In this document: piece after piece, positions 49,336 to 59,277 of the stretch
Layout of the letters: each line of letters starts with the position of its first letter
Position numbering within the stretch: position 1 is the stretch's first letter
Assembly (NCBI GenBank): GCA_037137535.1
Contig: JBAXKC010000008.1
Span: 26,976-90,975, forward strand
Origin: a bacterium
GTDB lineage: Bacteria > Cyanobacteriota > Vampirovibrionia > Gastranaerophilales > JBAXKC01
Length of the DNA stretch: 64,000 nucleotides
Direction: 5' to 3'
Position numbers and translations under genes: made by a program
The notes under the pieces: generated by a model
The model's database searches: none
What the model saw: the letters and a program-made list of their open reading frames with translations, nothing else
Told to the model about the DNA's origin: nothing

Positions 49336-51939
49336 ATGTCAACAGAGGGACAAGTGGCTGTAGCCCCTCAACAGAGTATGAGAAAAGAAATAGAATCAAT
49401 ACTTCGTTATGTTAATAAACCTTCAAGGTATATAGGATGCGAACAAGGAAGTATTAAGAAAGATTGGGATAACTCTAGTGCAAAAATTTGTCTTGCATTT
49501 CCTGACCTTTACGAAATTGGTATATCTAATCTAGGACACAGAATTTTATATCACGTTATTAATAATTCAGCTTCAAATTTTTTAGCTGATAGAGTTTATG
49601 CACCTGATAAAGATTTTAGAGATCTTTTAGGTGAAAACAAATTGCCATTATATGGCGTAGAAAGTTTTAAGCCCTTAAATGAATTTGATGCAGTGGCTTT
49701 TTCACTTCAATATGAATTAAGCTATCCTACTTTACTCTCGATGTTAGAATTTTCTGATATTGCAATTAGATCAACAGATAGAGATGATAAATCACCGATT
49801 ATAGCGGCAGGCGGACCTGGGAGCTATAACCCTGAGCCGTTAAGAGAATTTATTGATGTTTTCTTTATTGGTGATGGTGAAGAAATATTAGTTGAATTTA
49901 TGGAATCAGTAAAAAAAGCTAAAGCTCAAAATCTTAGCAGAAAACAAACTCTAAAACTTATTGCTGAAATAGATGGAGCTTATGTGCCTTCTTTATATAG
50001 TTATAAAAATGGCGAAAATATACCAACCCCAATTGAAGCTGGTTTAAATAAAGAAATAACCAGACGATTTGTTCAATTTGATAGCGCAAATTTTCCTGTT
50101 AACTTTCCAATCCCCTCTTGTCTTGCTGTTCACGATCGTGCGGTTGTTGAAATAAGACGTGGTTGCGGCAGAATGTGTCGCTTTTGCCAATCTTGTTTTG
50201 TGAATTTACCCGTAAGAGAACGTGCACCAGAAAAAGTTGTTGAATTAACGGACAAAGTTCTAAAAAATACAGGTTATGATGAGTATTCTTTACTTTCATT
50301 ATCTTCAAGTGATTATAGAAACATCGAAACGCTAGTAAAAACCTTAAATGAAAGATATGAAGGAAGTGAAACTTCACTTTCTTTACCAAGCCAAAGAGCT
50401 GATGCTTTTAGCGTTAATCTTGCGAATATGGTTCAATCTGTAAGGAAAAGCACTTTGACTTTTGCTCCTGAAGCTGGAAGTCAAAGAATGAGAGATGTTA
50501 TCAACAAAAATCTTCAGGAAGAAGAAATAATAAAAGCTGTTTTATCTGCTTATGAAGCTGGTTGGAGCAATGTCAAATTATACTTTATGATTGGACTTCC
50601 TACAGAAACCTTTGAAGATCTTGATGCTATGGTTGAGCTTCTTAATAGCATTAAAAATAAAGCAAAAGCACTTAAACATGAAAAAAATATCAACAAGTTT
50701 ATCGAATTAACATGTACAGTTTCAATATTTGTTCCTAAAACATTTACACCATTTCAATGGGTAGGTCAGGACAGCCATGAAACAATAAACGAAAAAATTC
50801 GTTACTTGAAAGATAAAATGAGAAATATTAAAGGAGTTAAACTTAATTTCCATGAACCTTTCTTAAGTTTACTTGAAGCGGTCTTCTCAAGAGGAGATCA
50901 TAGACTTAACGATTTAATTGAGCTTGTTTATAAAAAAGGATCATATCTTGATGCTTGGAGTGAAAACTTCAACAAGAAAATTTGGTTATCCGCTGCGGAA
51001 GAATTAAATATTGATTTTCATCAATATGCAACTAAAGCCTTTAACACCGATGAAGTTTTAACATGGGATTTCATTAAAACCGGTGTAAGTAAAGACTGGT
51101 TAATAAGTGAATATAATAAATCACTTAATTCTGAAAATAATGTTCCTTGCGATAAAGAATGTACAAATTGTGGTGTTTGCTCAAATTTTGATACTTCTTG
51201 CGAGCTTAACAGTAATGAAGATTTTGAAATTCTTAAAACAATAGAAAAATTAGAGAAAAATATTCCTGATGAATCTAATGAAATTTATAAATACAGATTA
51301 AAAGTTGAGAAAAAGTCTGATTATAAATATTTATCTCATCTTGATTGGAATAGAGCAATTTATAGAGCATGTAAAATTGCCGATTTACCTTTACATTTCA
51401 CAAATGGATTTAATCCATCTCCAAAAATATCGATAGCACTTGCTTTACCACTATTTGTTGAAAGCAAAGGCGAAATCGTTGAAATGGAATTAAAAAAATA
51501 TATTGAGCCTACAAAATTACAAGAAGTTTTAAATAAAGAACTGCCTAATTATTCAAAAGTAGTTTCAATTGTAGAAATAGACAAAAAATCACAGACAGTA
51601 GAAGTAGAAATTGAGTATGCAAAGTACTCAGCAATAATTTTTGATACTCAAAAAGCAGAAAAAGTTGATTTAAAAGAAGCAGTATTAAATATGCTTCAAA
51701 AAGACAAAATTGAAGTTGAAAAGTTTAGTCATAAAAAGAATAAAACTAAGGTAATAGATATTAGACAATTTATTATTGAGTTGAGCTATGACGAAGCCTC
51801 ATCAACCTTAAATTTCATCTTAAAAGCAGGGCAAAATGGAAATTTACGTCCTGATGACTTCCTTGAGTATTTAACTCCTGGGATAAAGTGGACCACCACA
51901 AGAGAAGTAATTTTAAATAAAGATTTCAAAGAATTATAG
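49336..51939 (+). CDS. B12-binding-type radical SAM protein (TIGR03960-like) fused to a radical SAM-linked (TIGR03936/DUF2344-like) domain
   Basis: KPSRYIG, FPDLYEIGISN, CGRMCRFC, LTFAPEAG and a C-terminal YLSHLD...GFNPSPKIS. Confidence 0.88.
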   Translation: MSTEGQVAVAPQQSMRKEIESILRYVNKPSRYIGCEQGSIKKDWDNSSAKICLAFPDLYEIGISNLGHRILYHVINNSASNFLADRVYAPDKDFRDLLGENKLPLYGVESFKPLNEFDAVAFSLQYELSYPTLLSMLEFSDIAIRSTDRDDKSPIIAAGGPGSYNPEPLREFIDVFFIGDGEEILVEFMESVKKAKAQNLSRKQTLKLIAEIDGAYVPSLYSYKNGENIPTPIEAGLNKEITRRFVQFDSANFPVNFPIPSCLAVHDRAVVEIRRGCGRMCRFCQSCFVNLPVRERAPEKVVELTDKVLKNTGYDEYSLLSLSSSDYRNIETLVKTLNERYEGSETSLSLPSQRADAFSVNLANMVQSVRKSTLTFAPEAGSQRMRDVINKNLQEEEIIKAVLSAYEAGWSNVKLYFMIGLPTETFEDLDAMVELLNSIKNKAKALKHEKNINKFIELTCTVSIFVPKTFTPFQWVGQDSHETINEKIRYLKDKMRNIKGVKLNFHEPFLSLLEAVFSRGDHRLNDLIELVYKKGSYLDAWSENFNKKIWLSAAEELNIDFHQYATKAFNTDEVLTWDFIKTGVSKDWLISEYNKSLNSENNVPCDKECTNCGVCSNFDTSCELNSNEDFEILKTIEKLEKNIPDESNEIYKYRLKVEKKSDYKYLSHLDWNRAIYRACKIADLPLHFTNGFNPSPKISIALALPLFVESKGEIVEMELKKYIEPTKLQEVLNKELPNYSKVVSIVEIDKKSQTVEVEIEYAKYSAIIFDTQKAEKVDLKEAVLNMLQKDKIEVEKFSHKKNKTKVIDIRQFIIELSYDEASSTLNFILKAGQNGNLRPDDFLEYLTPGIKWTTTREVILNKDFKEL

Positions 51940-51969
51940 TTATAGATTTAAAGCGAGGAAAAGACTTGT

Positions 51970-54132
51970 ATGACAAAGTCAATAGTCATTTCAGAAAGAG
52001 ATAATATTGCCGCAGTACAAAAAGACGGCAAAGTTGTTGAATTCTTCATTCACAGAGGAGATATGCTTCTTGGAGATGTGTATCTTGCAAGTGTAGAAAA
52101 TATTTTACCTAGTATTGATGCTGCTTTCGTTAATTTAGGCGGTGAAAGAATGGGATTTCTTCACGCATCAGATGTTATTGGCAAAGGTGCATTAAAAGAC
52201 AAACTTCAACCTAAGCAAAAAGTGCTTGTTCAAATTATGAAAGAGCCAACCGGAAATAAAGGCCCTAGAGTAACTACTCAAATTAGTTTACCAGGACGTT
52301 TTTTAGTTCTTATGCCTGATGAAAAAGGTGTAAACGTAAGTAGAAAAATTCTCTCTCCTAAAGAAAGAGGTAGACTAAAATCCATCGTAAGTTTATTAAA
52401 ACCTGCCGGTGTTGGCGTTATTATTAGAACTGAAGCTGAAGAGCAAGCAGAACAGGAAATCCAAGACGATCTTGAATTTTTAATGGAGAAATGGAGCAAT
52501 ATTGTAACTGCTGCAGATACTGTTGAGCCTCCAAATCTTTTATATAGAGATCAGGATTTACTTTATAGAGTAATCAGAGAAGCTTGCACCGAAGAAGTTA
52601 AAGAAATCATTGTAGACACACCTTTTGCGCTACATAGAACTAATCAGCTACTTCAAAGCTGGAACATGGGTAATGGCATTAATGTAAATGTTCATAAAGG
52701 AAATGACTCAGTTTTAATAGCAAAGGGAGTTGACAAAGAAATAAGAACAGCTCTACAAACAAAAGTTAATTTACCTTGTGGTGGATATTTATATATTCAA
52801 ACAACAGAAGCTCTTACTGTTGTTGATGTTAACAGCGGTAAATTTACAAGTTCAGCTACTCAAAATGAGACAATCAGAAAAACCAATTTAGAAGCAATTA
52901 CTGAAATTGCCAGACAACTTAGACTTAGAAATATTGGCGGAATGATAATTATCGACTTTATTGATATGGAAAACAGAGTTGACAAGCTTGCTATTCTTGA
53001 AGAACTTGAACAAGCCCTCGAACCTGATAAAGGTAAGCCGCAAGTCGGTCAATTATCAGACTTAGGACTTGTTGAGCTAACAAGACATAGACAAGGGCAA
53101 AGTTTAGCAGAAATATTCACTAAAAAATGCCCTGCTTGCAACGGAACCGGTGCTGTAATGGAAGAATTAAATTTTGTTACTATGCCTGTAGATGCTGATT
53201 TCAGACAAAATAAAGGTCCTCAACAAAGAATTAGAATGCCACAAAGAGTTAATAATCAACAGGCTGCTGCACAACCACAGCAAGCTAATGCAGCACCAAC
53301 TGAAAGACCTCAACAGAGACCACAAAGGCCGCAAGCTGAACAAGCTGATAGACAGCAAAAACCTCTTGTTGATGCTATTGAGAGACAACAAAAACAACCT
53401 CAGCAAGAAAGAACAGTAAAACCTAAACAAAATGCTAATGAACAGGAAAATAAAAAACATCCGCAGGCAGATGTTAAATATTATCAGCTTAACGAAGTTG
53501 ATCTTAAAAAATATATGTCTAAGGTTGGAATAATTCCGAATTATTCTAAGCATGTAAAGTTTGCTACTGTCCCTCCGGGTGTTGCTAGAAAACACTTCAA
53601 TTCAAATTATATAGTTGATGTATTTACAATTTTGAAAGAAATTGAGTCAGCAGAAGCTAATGCAATTGAAAAAATAGCAGAAGAAGCAGTAAAACTTGAG
53701 TTTGCACAGGAAGCTGCACTTAACAACTCAGAAGCTAATGAAGCTAATGAAGCTAATGTTAAAATAGCTGAGGAAGTTGAAGTAACTGCAATTAGTCAAG
53801 AAGTTACTGAATCTGAACCAGAATCGCAACATACTCAAAATGAGATTGCTGAAACTCAAGAAGTTCAAGTAATAGAACCTCAAGAACCTGTTATTCAAGA
53901 AACAATTGTAAATGAAGCAGAAGTAACTGTTATCGAACCAGTTGTTCAAGAAGAGTCTACAGATACAACTAATCAAGTAGACACAAATGAAGTTGCTGAA
54001 GAAAATGAAGAAGCACCTAAAGCGACTAAAACAAGAAAAACAGGAACAACCACCAGAAGACCTGCTCCAGCTAGAAGAGGCAGACCAAAAGCTAAAAAAG
54101 AGGAAACTGCTCCAGTATCCGAAGGAGAATAG
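51970..54132 (+). CDS. rne: Ribonuclease E/G with a long low-complexity C-terminal region
   Basis: DAAFVN, KEPTGNKGPR, TEALTVVDVNSG, RLRNIGGMIIIDFIDM and CPACNG Zn link, then a Q/R-rich and an E-rich tail. Confidence 0.93.
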   Translation: MTKSIVISERDNIAAVQKDGKVVEFFIHRGDMLLGDVYLASVENILPSIDAAFVNLGGERMGFLHASDVIGKGALKDKLQPKQKVLVQIMKEPTGNKGPRVTTQISLPGRFLVLMPDEKGVNVSRKILSPKERGRLKSIVSLLKPAGVGVIIRTEAEEQAEQEIQDDLEFLMEKWSNIVTAADTVEPPNLLYRDQDLLYRVIREACTEEVKEIIVDTPFALHRTNQLLQSWNMGNGINVNVHKGNDSVLIAKGVDKEIRTALQTKVNLPCGGYLYIQTTEALTVVDVNSGKFTSSATQNETIRKTNLEAITEIARQLRLRNIGGMIIIDFIDMENRVDKLAILEELEQALEPDKGKPQVGQLSDLGLVELTRHRQGQSLAEIFTKKCPACNGTGAVMEELNFVTMPVDADFRQNKGPQQRIRMPQRVNNQQAAAQPQQANAAPTERPQQRPQRPQAEQADRQQKPLVDAIERQQKQPQQERTVKPKQNANEQENKKHPQADVKYYQLNEVDLKKYMSKVGIIPNYSKHVKFATVPPGVARKHFNSNYIVDVFTILKEIESAEANAIEKIAEEAVKLEFAQEAALNNSEANEANEANVKIAEEVEVTAISQEVTESEPESQHTQNEIAETQEVQVIEPQEPVIQETIVNEAEVTVIEPVVQEESTDTTNQVDTNEVAEENEEAPKATKTRKTGTTTRRPAPARRGRPKAKKEETAPVSEGE

Positions 54133-54135
54133 CAT

Positions 54136-54657
54136 ATGAAAGCAAATAAGCTTATATCATTAATAATTGTATTGACGTTTATTTGTATGCATTCCGCTAT
54201 TGCTGATGCACTTCCTACTAAAAAAATTGAGAACTTAAATAACAATAACTCAATTAACAAGGTAATTAATTCAAAAATTACTAATAATACAGCTTCTGAA
54301 ACAAAAACAAATGTTTCAGAAGCTGGTAGTTTACCTAGTGGTGGCGCTGCTGATGTTGATAACACAAAGCAAACTAATCAGGCTAATATAATTCAGAAAT
54401 TTTCAAATAAATATTTATCAGCTTTTAAAGTTAAGTTTTCAATTATGAATATTTTAAAGTCTATTTCAGCAATTGTTTTAGTCTGTGGCATAATCTTCTG
54501 GCTACTAAAAGTTTTCTTTTGGCTATTAAAAAAAGGAACTAAATCAACTCCAATTGGTTTAGCAAATGCAGGAGCAACCGGAAAAGATACAGAGCAGGAT
54601 TATATTAATTACTCAGTTTCTTCTTTTGTTAAGCATAGAATAAAAAAGAAACTTTAA
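54136..54657 (+). CDS. Hypothetical protein with a signal peptide and one TM segment
   Basis: Hydrophobic N-terminus and a second TM helix near the C-terminus. Starts 3 bp after rne. Confidence 0.6.
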   Translation: MKANKLISLIIVLTFICMHSAIADALPTKKIENLNNNNSINKVINSKITNNTASETKTNVSEAGSLPSGGAADVDNTKQTNQANIIQKFSNKYLSAFKVKFSIMNILKSISAIVLVCGIIFWLLKVFFWLLKKGTKSTPIGLANAGATGKDTEQDYINYSVSSFVKHRIKKKL

Positions 54658-54741
54658 TTATTTTATACATCAAACAATTATTCTCTAATGTAAATTTATT
54701 TTATATTAGAGAATTTTTTAATCTAAATTAAGTTTGATAGT

Positions 54742-55641
54742 CTATTCATGATGCTCACCGCCATTTCCCGCATTATAACCACACATTGCATATAGTGCAG
54801 GAAGAAGTTTTATTATATTTTCTGTACCAGGTATATTCATAAACGCAAGAGAGCTTATAAGGTCATCAACATGCACAAGATAATCTTTTGGTGAAATTTT
54901 TCTATCACTTGCACCTGTTTTATCGAACAAAATTCTATTAATTCCATTTGATATAGCAGCACCTAATGGCAAGCCACCCAATACACCACCAAGAAGAGAA
55001 AACGCTTTTAATGCGATAGCCACAAAACTACCTTCTTTAGCCTTAAAAGAAGAAGTTGCTTTTTCCAGTAAAAAAACGGCACTTGCAGGTGTTGCCACAT
55101 TTATAAATTGAAAAATTGATTCCTTAATTATGTTTTTTCGGCTGTCTTTATTTTTCTCAGTAATTAATCCACCAGTAAGTCCGCCTAAAATAGAACCACC
55201 GGCAACTGACAACATTATTTTTATGTTTTCTAAATCAACATTTAAAATATTCCACTTTTGATTAAACTCGGATAATTTATCACTATTATTTTTTATGAAT
55301 GTTGAAACTTTAGCATTTTTAAAAATATTTGATTTATTAAGTAGCTCTCTTAGCTCCTCTTTTCCTTGTTTTACAAGTTCAGGCGTTAAGGCTTTGAACT
55401 GATTATGCTTAACTATTGCAAGAGGTATAGCTGTACCGATTATTGTAAAAGCTAAAACAGCTAAATTCAGTCCCTTTTTATGTTCCGGTTTATCTTGAGC
55501 AATTGGTTTAATCTCTGTATTACTTAATTGGACACTATCTGCTTTATGTGGCAACGCAAATGCACTGAAGGTTTTATTCAAACTTTCTGTTTTATTTGGC
55601 AATACTTTTGGAGTGTACAAGGAAACAGACAGATTATCCAT
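54742..55641 (-). CDS. Hypothetical Gly-rich multi-TM protein
   Basis: Several hydrophobic GxxxG segments, KESIFQ and VHVDD motifs, and a disordered N-terminus containing 'DSVQLS'. Confidence 0.7.
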   Translation of the reverse strand: MDNLSVSLYTPKVLPNKTESLNKTFSAFALPHKADSVQLSNTEIKPIAQDKPEHKKGLNLAVLAFTIIGTAIPLAIVKHNQFKALTPELVKQGKEELRELLNKSNIFKNAKVSTFIKNNSDKLSEFNQKWNILNVDLENIKIMLSVAGGSILGGLTGGLITEKNKDSRKNIIKESIFQFINVATPASAVFLLEKATSSFKAKEGSFVAIALKAFSLLGGVLGGLPLGAAISNGINRILFDKTGASDRKISPKDYLVHVDDLISSLAFMNIPGTENIIKLLPALYAMCGYNAGNGGEHHE

Positions 55642-55821
55642 AATTAAACCTTTAAAATACTCTTAATTATATAAAAACATTTGCTTAGGAAAAAATGATA
55701 GTAAATACAAAATTTACAAAAATCAATTAATATATTATAATTTAATAATATATAGCATTTGAGAAGAATATAAAAAACTTTTCAAAATCAATTATAAATT
55801 AGTATAAAAAAGGAGCAAATC

Positions 55822-56112
55822 ATGAAATGTCCACATTGCAACATTAGCTTGGTTATGGCTGAAAAGCAGGGAGTAGAAATTGATTATTGCCCTGATTGTA
55901 GAGGTATTTGGCTAGACCGAGGTGAACTTGAAAAAATAATAGAAAGATCAACTCAGAATTATGGAAATGCACCAAGATCCCAACAGTTTAATAATGACTA
56001 TCATCAAGAAAAACAGTATAAACATGGTCATGATGAACATAACTACGGACATCATGGAGATAAAAAACACAAAAAAAGATCATTTTTAGAAGATATATTT
56101 GATTTCGGATAA
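55822..56112 (+). CDS. zf-TFIIB-like zinc-ribbon protein
   Basis: MKCPHC...VEIDYCPDCRGIWLDRGELEKII...SFLEDIFDF. Confidence 0.9.
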   Translation: MKCPHCNISLVMAEKQGVEIDYCPDCRGIWLDRGELEKIIERSTQNYGNAPRSQQFNNDYHQEKQYKHGHDEHNYGHHGDKKHKKRSFLEDIFDFG

Positions 56113-56129
56113 AAATTTATTTTTAAATT

Positions 56130-56169
56130 AAATGCCCTATATTTCTTTATCGAATATATAGGGCATTTT
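56130..56169 (+). terminator. Intrinsic terminator
   Basis: AAATGCCCTATAT/ATATAGGGCATTT inverted repeat. Confidence 0.7.
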
Positions 56170-56385
56170 AAATTATAGAGTACTTAACATATTGATTAAG
56201 ATTATATAAAGGTTTACCTGTTAAAGTCTAACTAAATCAAATCAGATTAAGAGTTTAGAGCTTTTAGACTTATAAATTATACATGTTAGTGTGTAATAAT
56301 TTTGTAATTTTATGTTGTTTTTAGTTTGATTTTTTGAAAAAATGCAGTAATGAGCTAGTAATTTGTTAATTATTAAGGGTTGAGA

Positions 56386-57717
56386 ATGGAAAATAAATTA
56401 TGTGCAGGACTAAAAGAAGAACTAATTGAAAAGTTTGAAAATAGAACTGCTAAAATTGGGATAGTAGGACTCGGGTATGTTGGTCTACCTCTTGCCGTTT
56501 GTAAAGCAAAAGTCGGCTATAATGTTATAGGATTTGACAAAAATGCAGATAGAGTTAATCAAGTAAATAGCGGAGATAACTACATTACAGATGTTGATGA
56601 TAACGAATTCAAGCAATTGGTTACAGATCAAAAGATATTTGCTACTACTGATTTTTCATTGATAAAAGATATGGATGCAATAATTATTTGCGTTCCTACA
56701 CCACTTACAATTAACAGAGATCCTGATATTTCTTATATAAAAAGTGCAACAACACATATAGCTCAATATATGAAAAAAGGTCAATTGATAAGCCTTGAAA
56801 GTACTACATACCCTGGAACAACAGAAGATGTAATGCTTCCAATTCTGAGCGAATCAGGACTAGAAGTCGGTCAAGATTTTTTCCTCGTATTCTCTCCTGA
56901 AAGAGTAGACCCTGGTAATGCCAGATATACTACACACAATACAAATAAAGTTTTAGGCGGTATTACTTCTGAGTGTACAGAAGTTGGCAAATCACTTTAT
57001 GAACAAAGCATAGTAAAAATTGTTACCGTAAGCTCACCATCAGCTGCTGAAATGGTAAAAGTATTTGAAAACACTTTTAGAGCTGTAAATATTGCTTTAG
57101 TAAACGAACTGGCATTATTAAGCGATAAAATGAACATTAATGTTTGGGAAGTTCTAGAAGCAGCTGGTACAAAGCCATTCGGAATAATGAGCTTTTTCCC
57201 TGGGCCTGGTGTTGGTGGTCATTGTATTCCAATCGATCCTTTCTACTTAACATGGAAAGCAAGAGAATATAACTTCCATACAAGATTTATTGAGCTTGCA
57301 GGCGAAATTAATGCATTAATGCCTACTTTTGTAAAAGAAAAAGTAAACAGAGCTTTAAATAAACAAAAAAAATCTATAAACGGCTCAAATATTCTTATTT
57401 TAGGTGTTGCCTATAAAAAAGATATTGATGACTGGAGAGAGTCACCTGCCGAAAATGTAATAAAAATCCTCATGGAAGATGGTGCAAACATTATTTATAA
57501 CGATCCTTATGTGCCTCAATACAAAGTAAATGGAACTATTTTTGAATCAGAAGAGCTTACCTGTGAATTATGGGAAAAAGTTGATTGTGCGGTAATTATA
57601 ACAGATCACACAAATTATGATTTTGAACAAATTGTTAAAAATGCTCCTGTTATTGTCGACACAAGAAATGCAACTAAAAAAGTAAAAGACAATACAGATA
57701 AAATAATTTTATTATAG
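56386..57717 (+). CDS. wbpA: UDP-GlcNAc 6-dehydrogenase (WbpA-like nucleotide-sugar dehydrogenase)
   Basis: GLGYVGLP, ICVPTP, LESTTYPGTT, SPERVDPG, GGHCIPIDP and DWRESP. Confidence 0.8.
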   Translation: MENKLCAGLKEELIEKFENRTAKIGIVGLGYVGLPLAVCKAKVGYNVIGFDKNADRVNQVNSGDNYITDVDDNEFKQLVTDQKIFATTDFSLIKDMDAIIICVPTPLTINRDPDISYIKSATTHIAQYMKKGQLISLESTTYPGTTEDVMLPILSESGLEVGQDFFLVFSPERVDPGNARYTTHNTNKVLGGITSECTEVGKSLYEQSIVKIVTVSSPSAAEMVKVFENTFRAVNIALVNELALLSDKMNINVWEVLEAAGTKPFGIMSFFPGPGVGGHCIPIDPFYLTWKAREYNFHTRFIELAGEINALMPTFVKEKVNRALNKQKKSINGSNILILGVAYKKDIDDWRESPAENVIKILMEDGANIIYNDPYVPQYKVNGTIFESEELTCELWEKVDCAVIITDHTNYDFEQIVKNAPVIVDTRNATKKVKDNTDKIILL

Positions 57718-57727
57718 GGAAATTTAT

Positions 57728-58681
57728 ATGAACATTGCAGTTGTAGGAAGCGGATACTGGGGTAAAAACTTAGTAAGAAATTTTTTTGAATTAAATAGTC
57801 TGTATGCGGTTTGTGAACTAGATAAATCAAAATGGGCAGAACTTAAAGAAAAATATGGTGATATAAAAATATTTGCTACTTTCGACGAAATGTTGGCAGA
57901 TAAAAATGTTCAAGGTGTAGTTCTTGCAACGCCTGCACCAACACACTTTGAGCTTGCAAAAAAATCCATTGAGACAGGTCTTCCAACTTTTGTTGAAAAA
58001 CCTTTAACATTAAGTCTTGAACACTCTGAAACATTAACAAAATTAGCAGAAGAAAATAAAGTTCCTCTTATGGTCGGGCATGTTCTAGAATATCACCCTG
58101 CCATTATAAAAATGAAAGAACTTTTTAATAACGATGAAATTGGCAAATTAAAGCATATTAGATGCACTAGAGTAAATTTAGGAAAAATTAGAGCCCAAGA
58201 AAATATATGGTGGAGTTTTGCTCCTCATGATTTATCAATAATCTTCACTTTCTTGGAGGGTCAACCTGAAAAAGTTACTGCATCTTCATTTAAACCTATA
58301 CAAAACGGAATAGCAGACACTGTTTATGCTGATTTATTATTTAATAACGGAGCTAGCGCACATATTCATGTTAGCTGGTTAGAACCCGTAAAACTTCATC
58401 AAACCACACTAATCGGTGAAAAAGGAATGATAGTATTTACTGACAGCGCTAAAGAAAACAAATTAATGCTTTATAAATATTCCTTTGATTCTAATGAACC
58501 AAGTTTAAATAAAACTGAAGAAATTAGTGTAGATTACCCTGAAGCTCAACCTCTTAAAGCTGAATGTCAGCATTTTATTGATAGTATTGCAAATAAAACT
58601 AATCCTAAAACAGATGGAAAAAGTGCTTGCAAAATTATAGCTGTAATCGAAGAAGTTGATAAACAATTAAAGGTGTTTTAA
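57728..58681 (+). CDS. Gfo/Idh/MocA oxidoreductase (WbpB/WlbA-like 3-dehydrogenase)
   Basis: GSGYWG, VEKPL, MVGH and APHD motifs, plus operon context. Confidence 0.8.
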   Translation: MNIAVVGSGYWGKNLVRNFFELNSLYAVCELDKSKWAELKEKYGDIKIFATFDEMLADKNVQGVVLATPAPTHFELAKKSIETGLPTFVEKPLTLSLEHSETLTKLAEENKVPLMVGHVLEYHPAIIKMKELFNNDEIGKLKHIRCTRVNLGKIRAQENIWWSFAPHDLSIIFTFLEGQPEKVTASSFKPIQNGIADTVYADLLFNNGASAHIHVSWLEPVKLHQTTLIGEKGMIVFTDSAKENKLMLYKYSFDSNEPSLNKTEEISVDYPEAQPLKAECQHFIDSIANKTNPKTDGKSACKIIAVIEEVDKQLKVF

Positions 58682-59275
58682 ATGCAAAGTTTAGAAAAAA
58701 AGAATTATTTTGTACACGAATCATCATACGTTGATGAACCTTGTGAAATAGGAGAAGGCAGTTCAATATGGCATTTTAGCCATGTAATGAAAAACTGCAA
58801 AATCGGAAAAGATTGCAAAATCGGGCAAAACGTTGTTGTTTCTCCCGGTGTAATCATTGGAAATAACGTTAAAATTCAAAATAATGTTTCTGTATATACA
58901 GGCGTAGTTTTAGAAGATGATGTATTTTGCGGTCCTTCTATGGTATTCACAAATGTATTTAATCCAAGATCAGCATACCCGAGAAATACTGTAGATGATT
59001 ACCTCAAAACAGTTGTAAAAAAAGGTGCAAGTATCGGTGCAAACTCTACAATAGTTTGCGGTAACGAGATAGGAAAACATGCTTTTATCGGAGCAGGTTC
59101 TGTCGTTACAAAGAATGTACCAGATTATGCTTTAATGTACGGAAATCCCGCAAAACAAGCAGGTTGGTTATGTGAATGCGGCTGCAAGTTGACATTTACG
59201 GAAAATAACGCTACTTGCAAAGATTGTAGTAAAGAATATGAAAAAATAAATAATAATACGATTAAGAGGATATAA
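58682..59275 (+). CDS. wbpD: Hexapeptide-repeat N-acetyltransferase (WbpD/WlbB-like)
   Basis: [27 protein letters not shown] and W-x-CECG. Confidence 0.85.
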   Translation: MQSLEKKNYFVHESSYVDEPCEIGEGSSIWHFSHVMKNCKIGKDCKIGQNVVVSPGVIIGNNVKIQNNVSVYTGVVLEDDVFCGPSMVFTNVFNPRSAYPRNTVDDYLKTVVKKGASIGANSTIVCGNEIGKHAFIGAGSVVTKNVPDYALMYGNPAKQAGWLCECGCKLTFTENNATCKDCSKEYEKINNNTIKRI

Positions 59276-59277
59276 TA

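Noticed and set aside
56221-56275. Inverted repeat AAGTCTAA/TTAGACTT upstream of the wbp-like operon
   Set aside because: The arms are only 8 bp in AT-rich DNA and no JUMPstart/ops motif is seen, so it is too weak to call.
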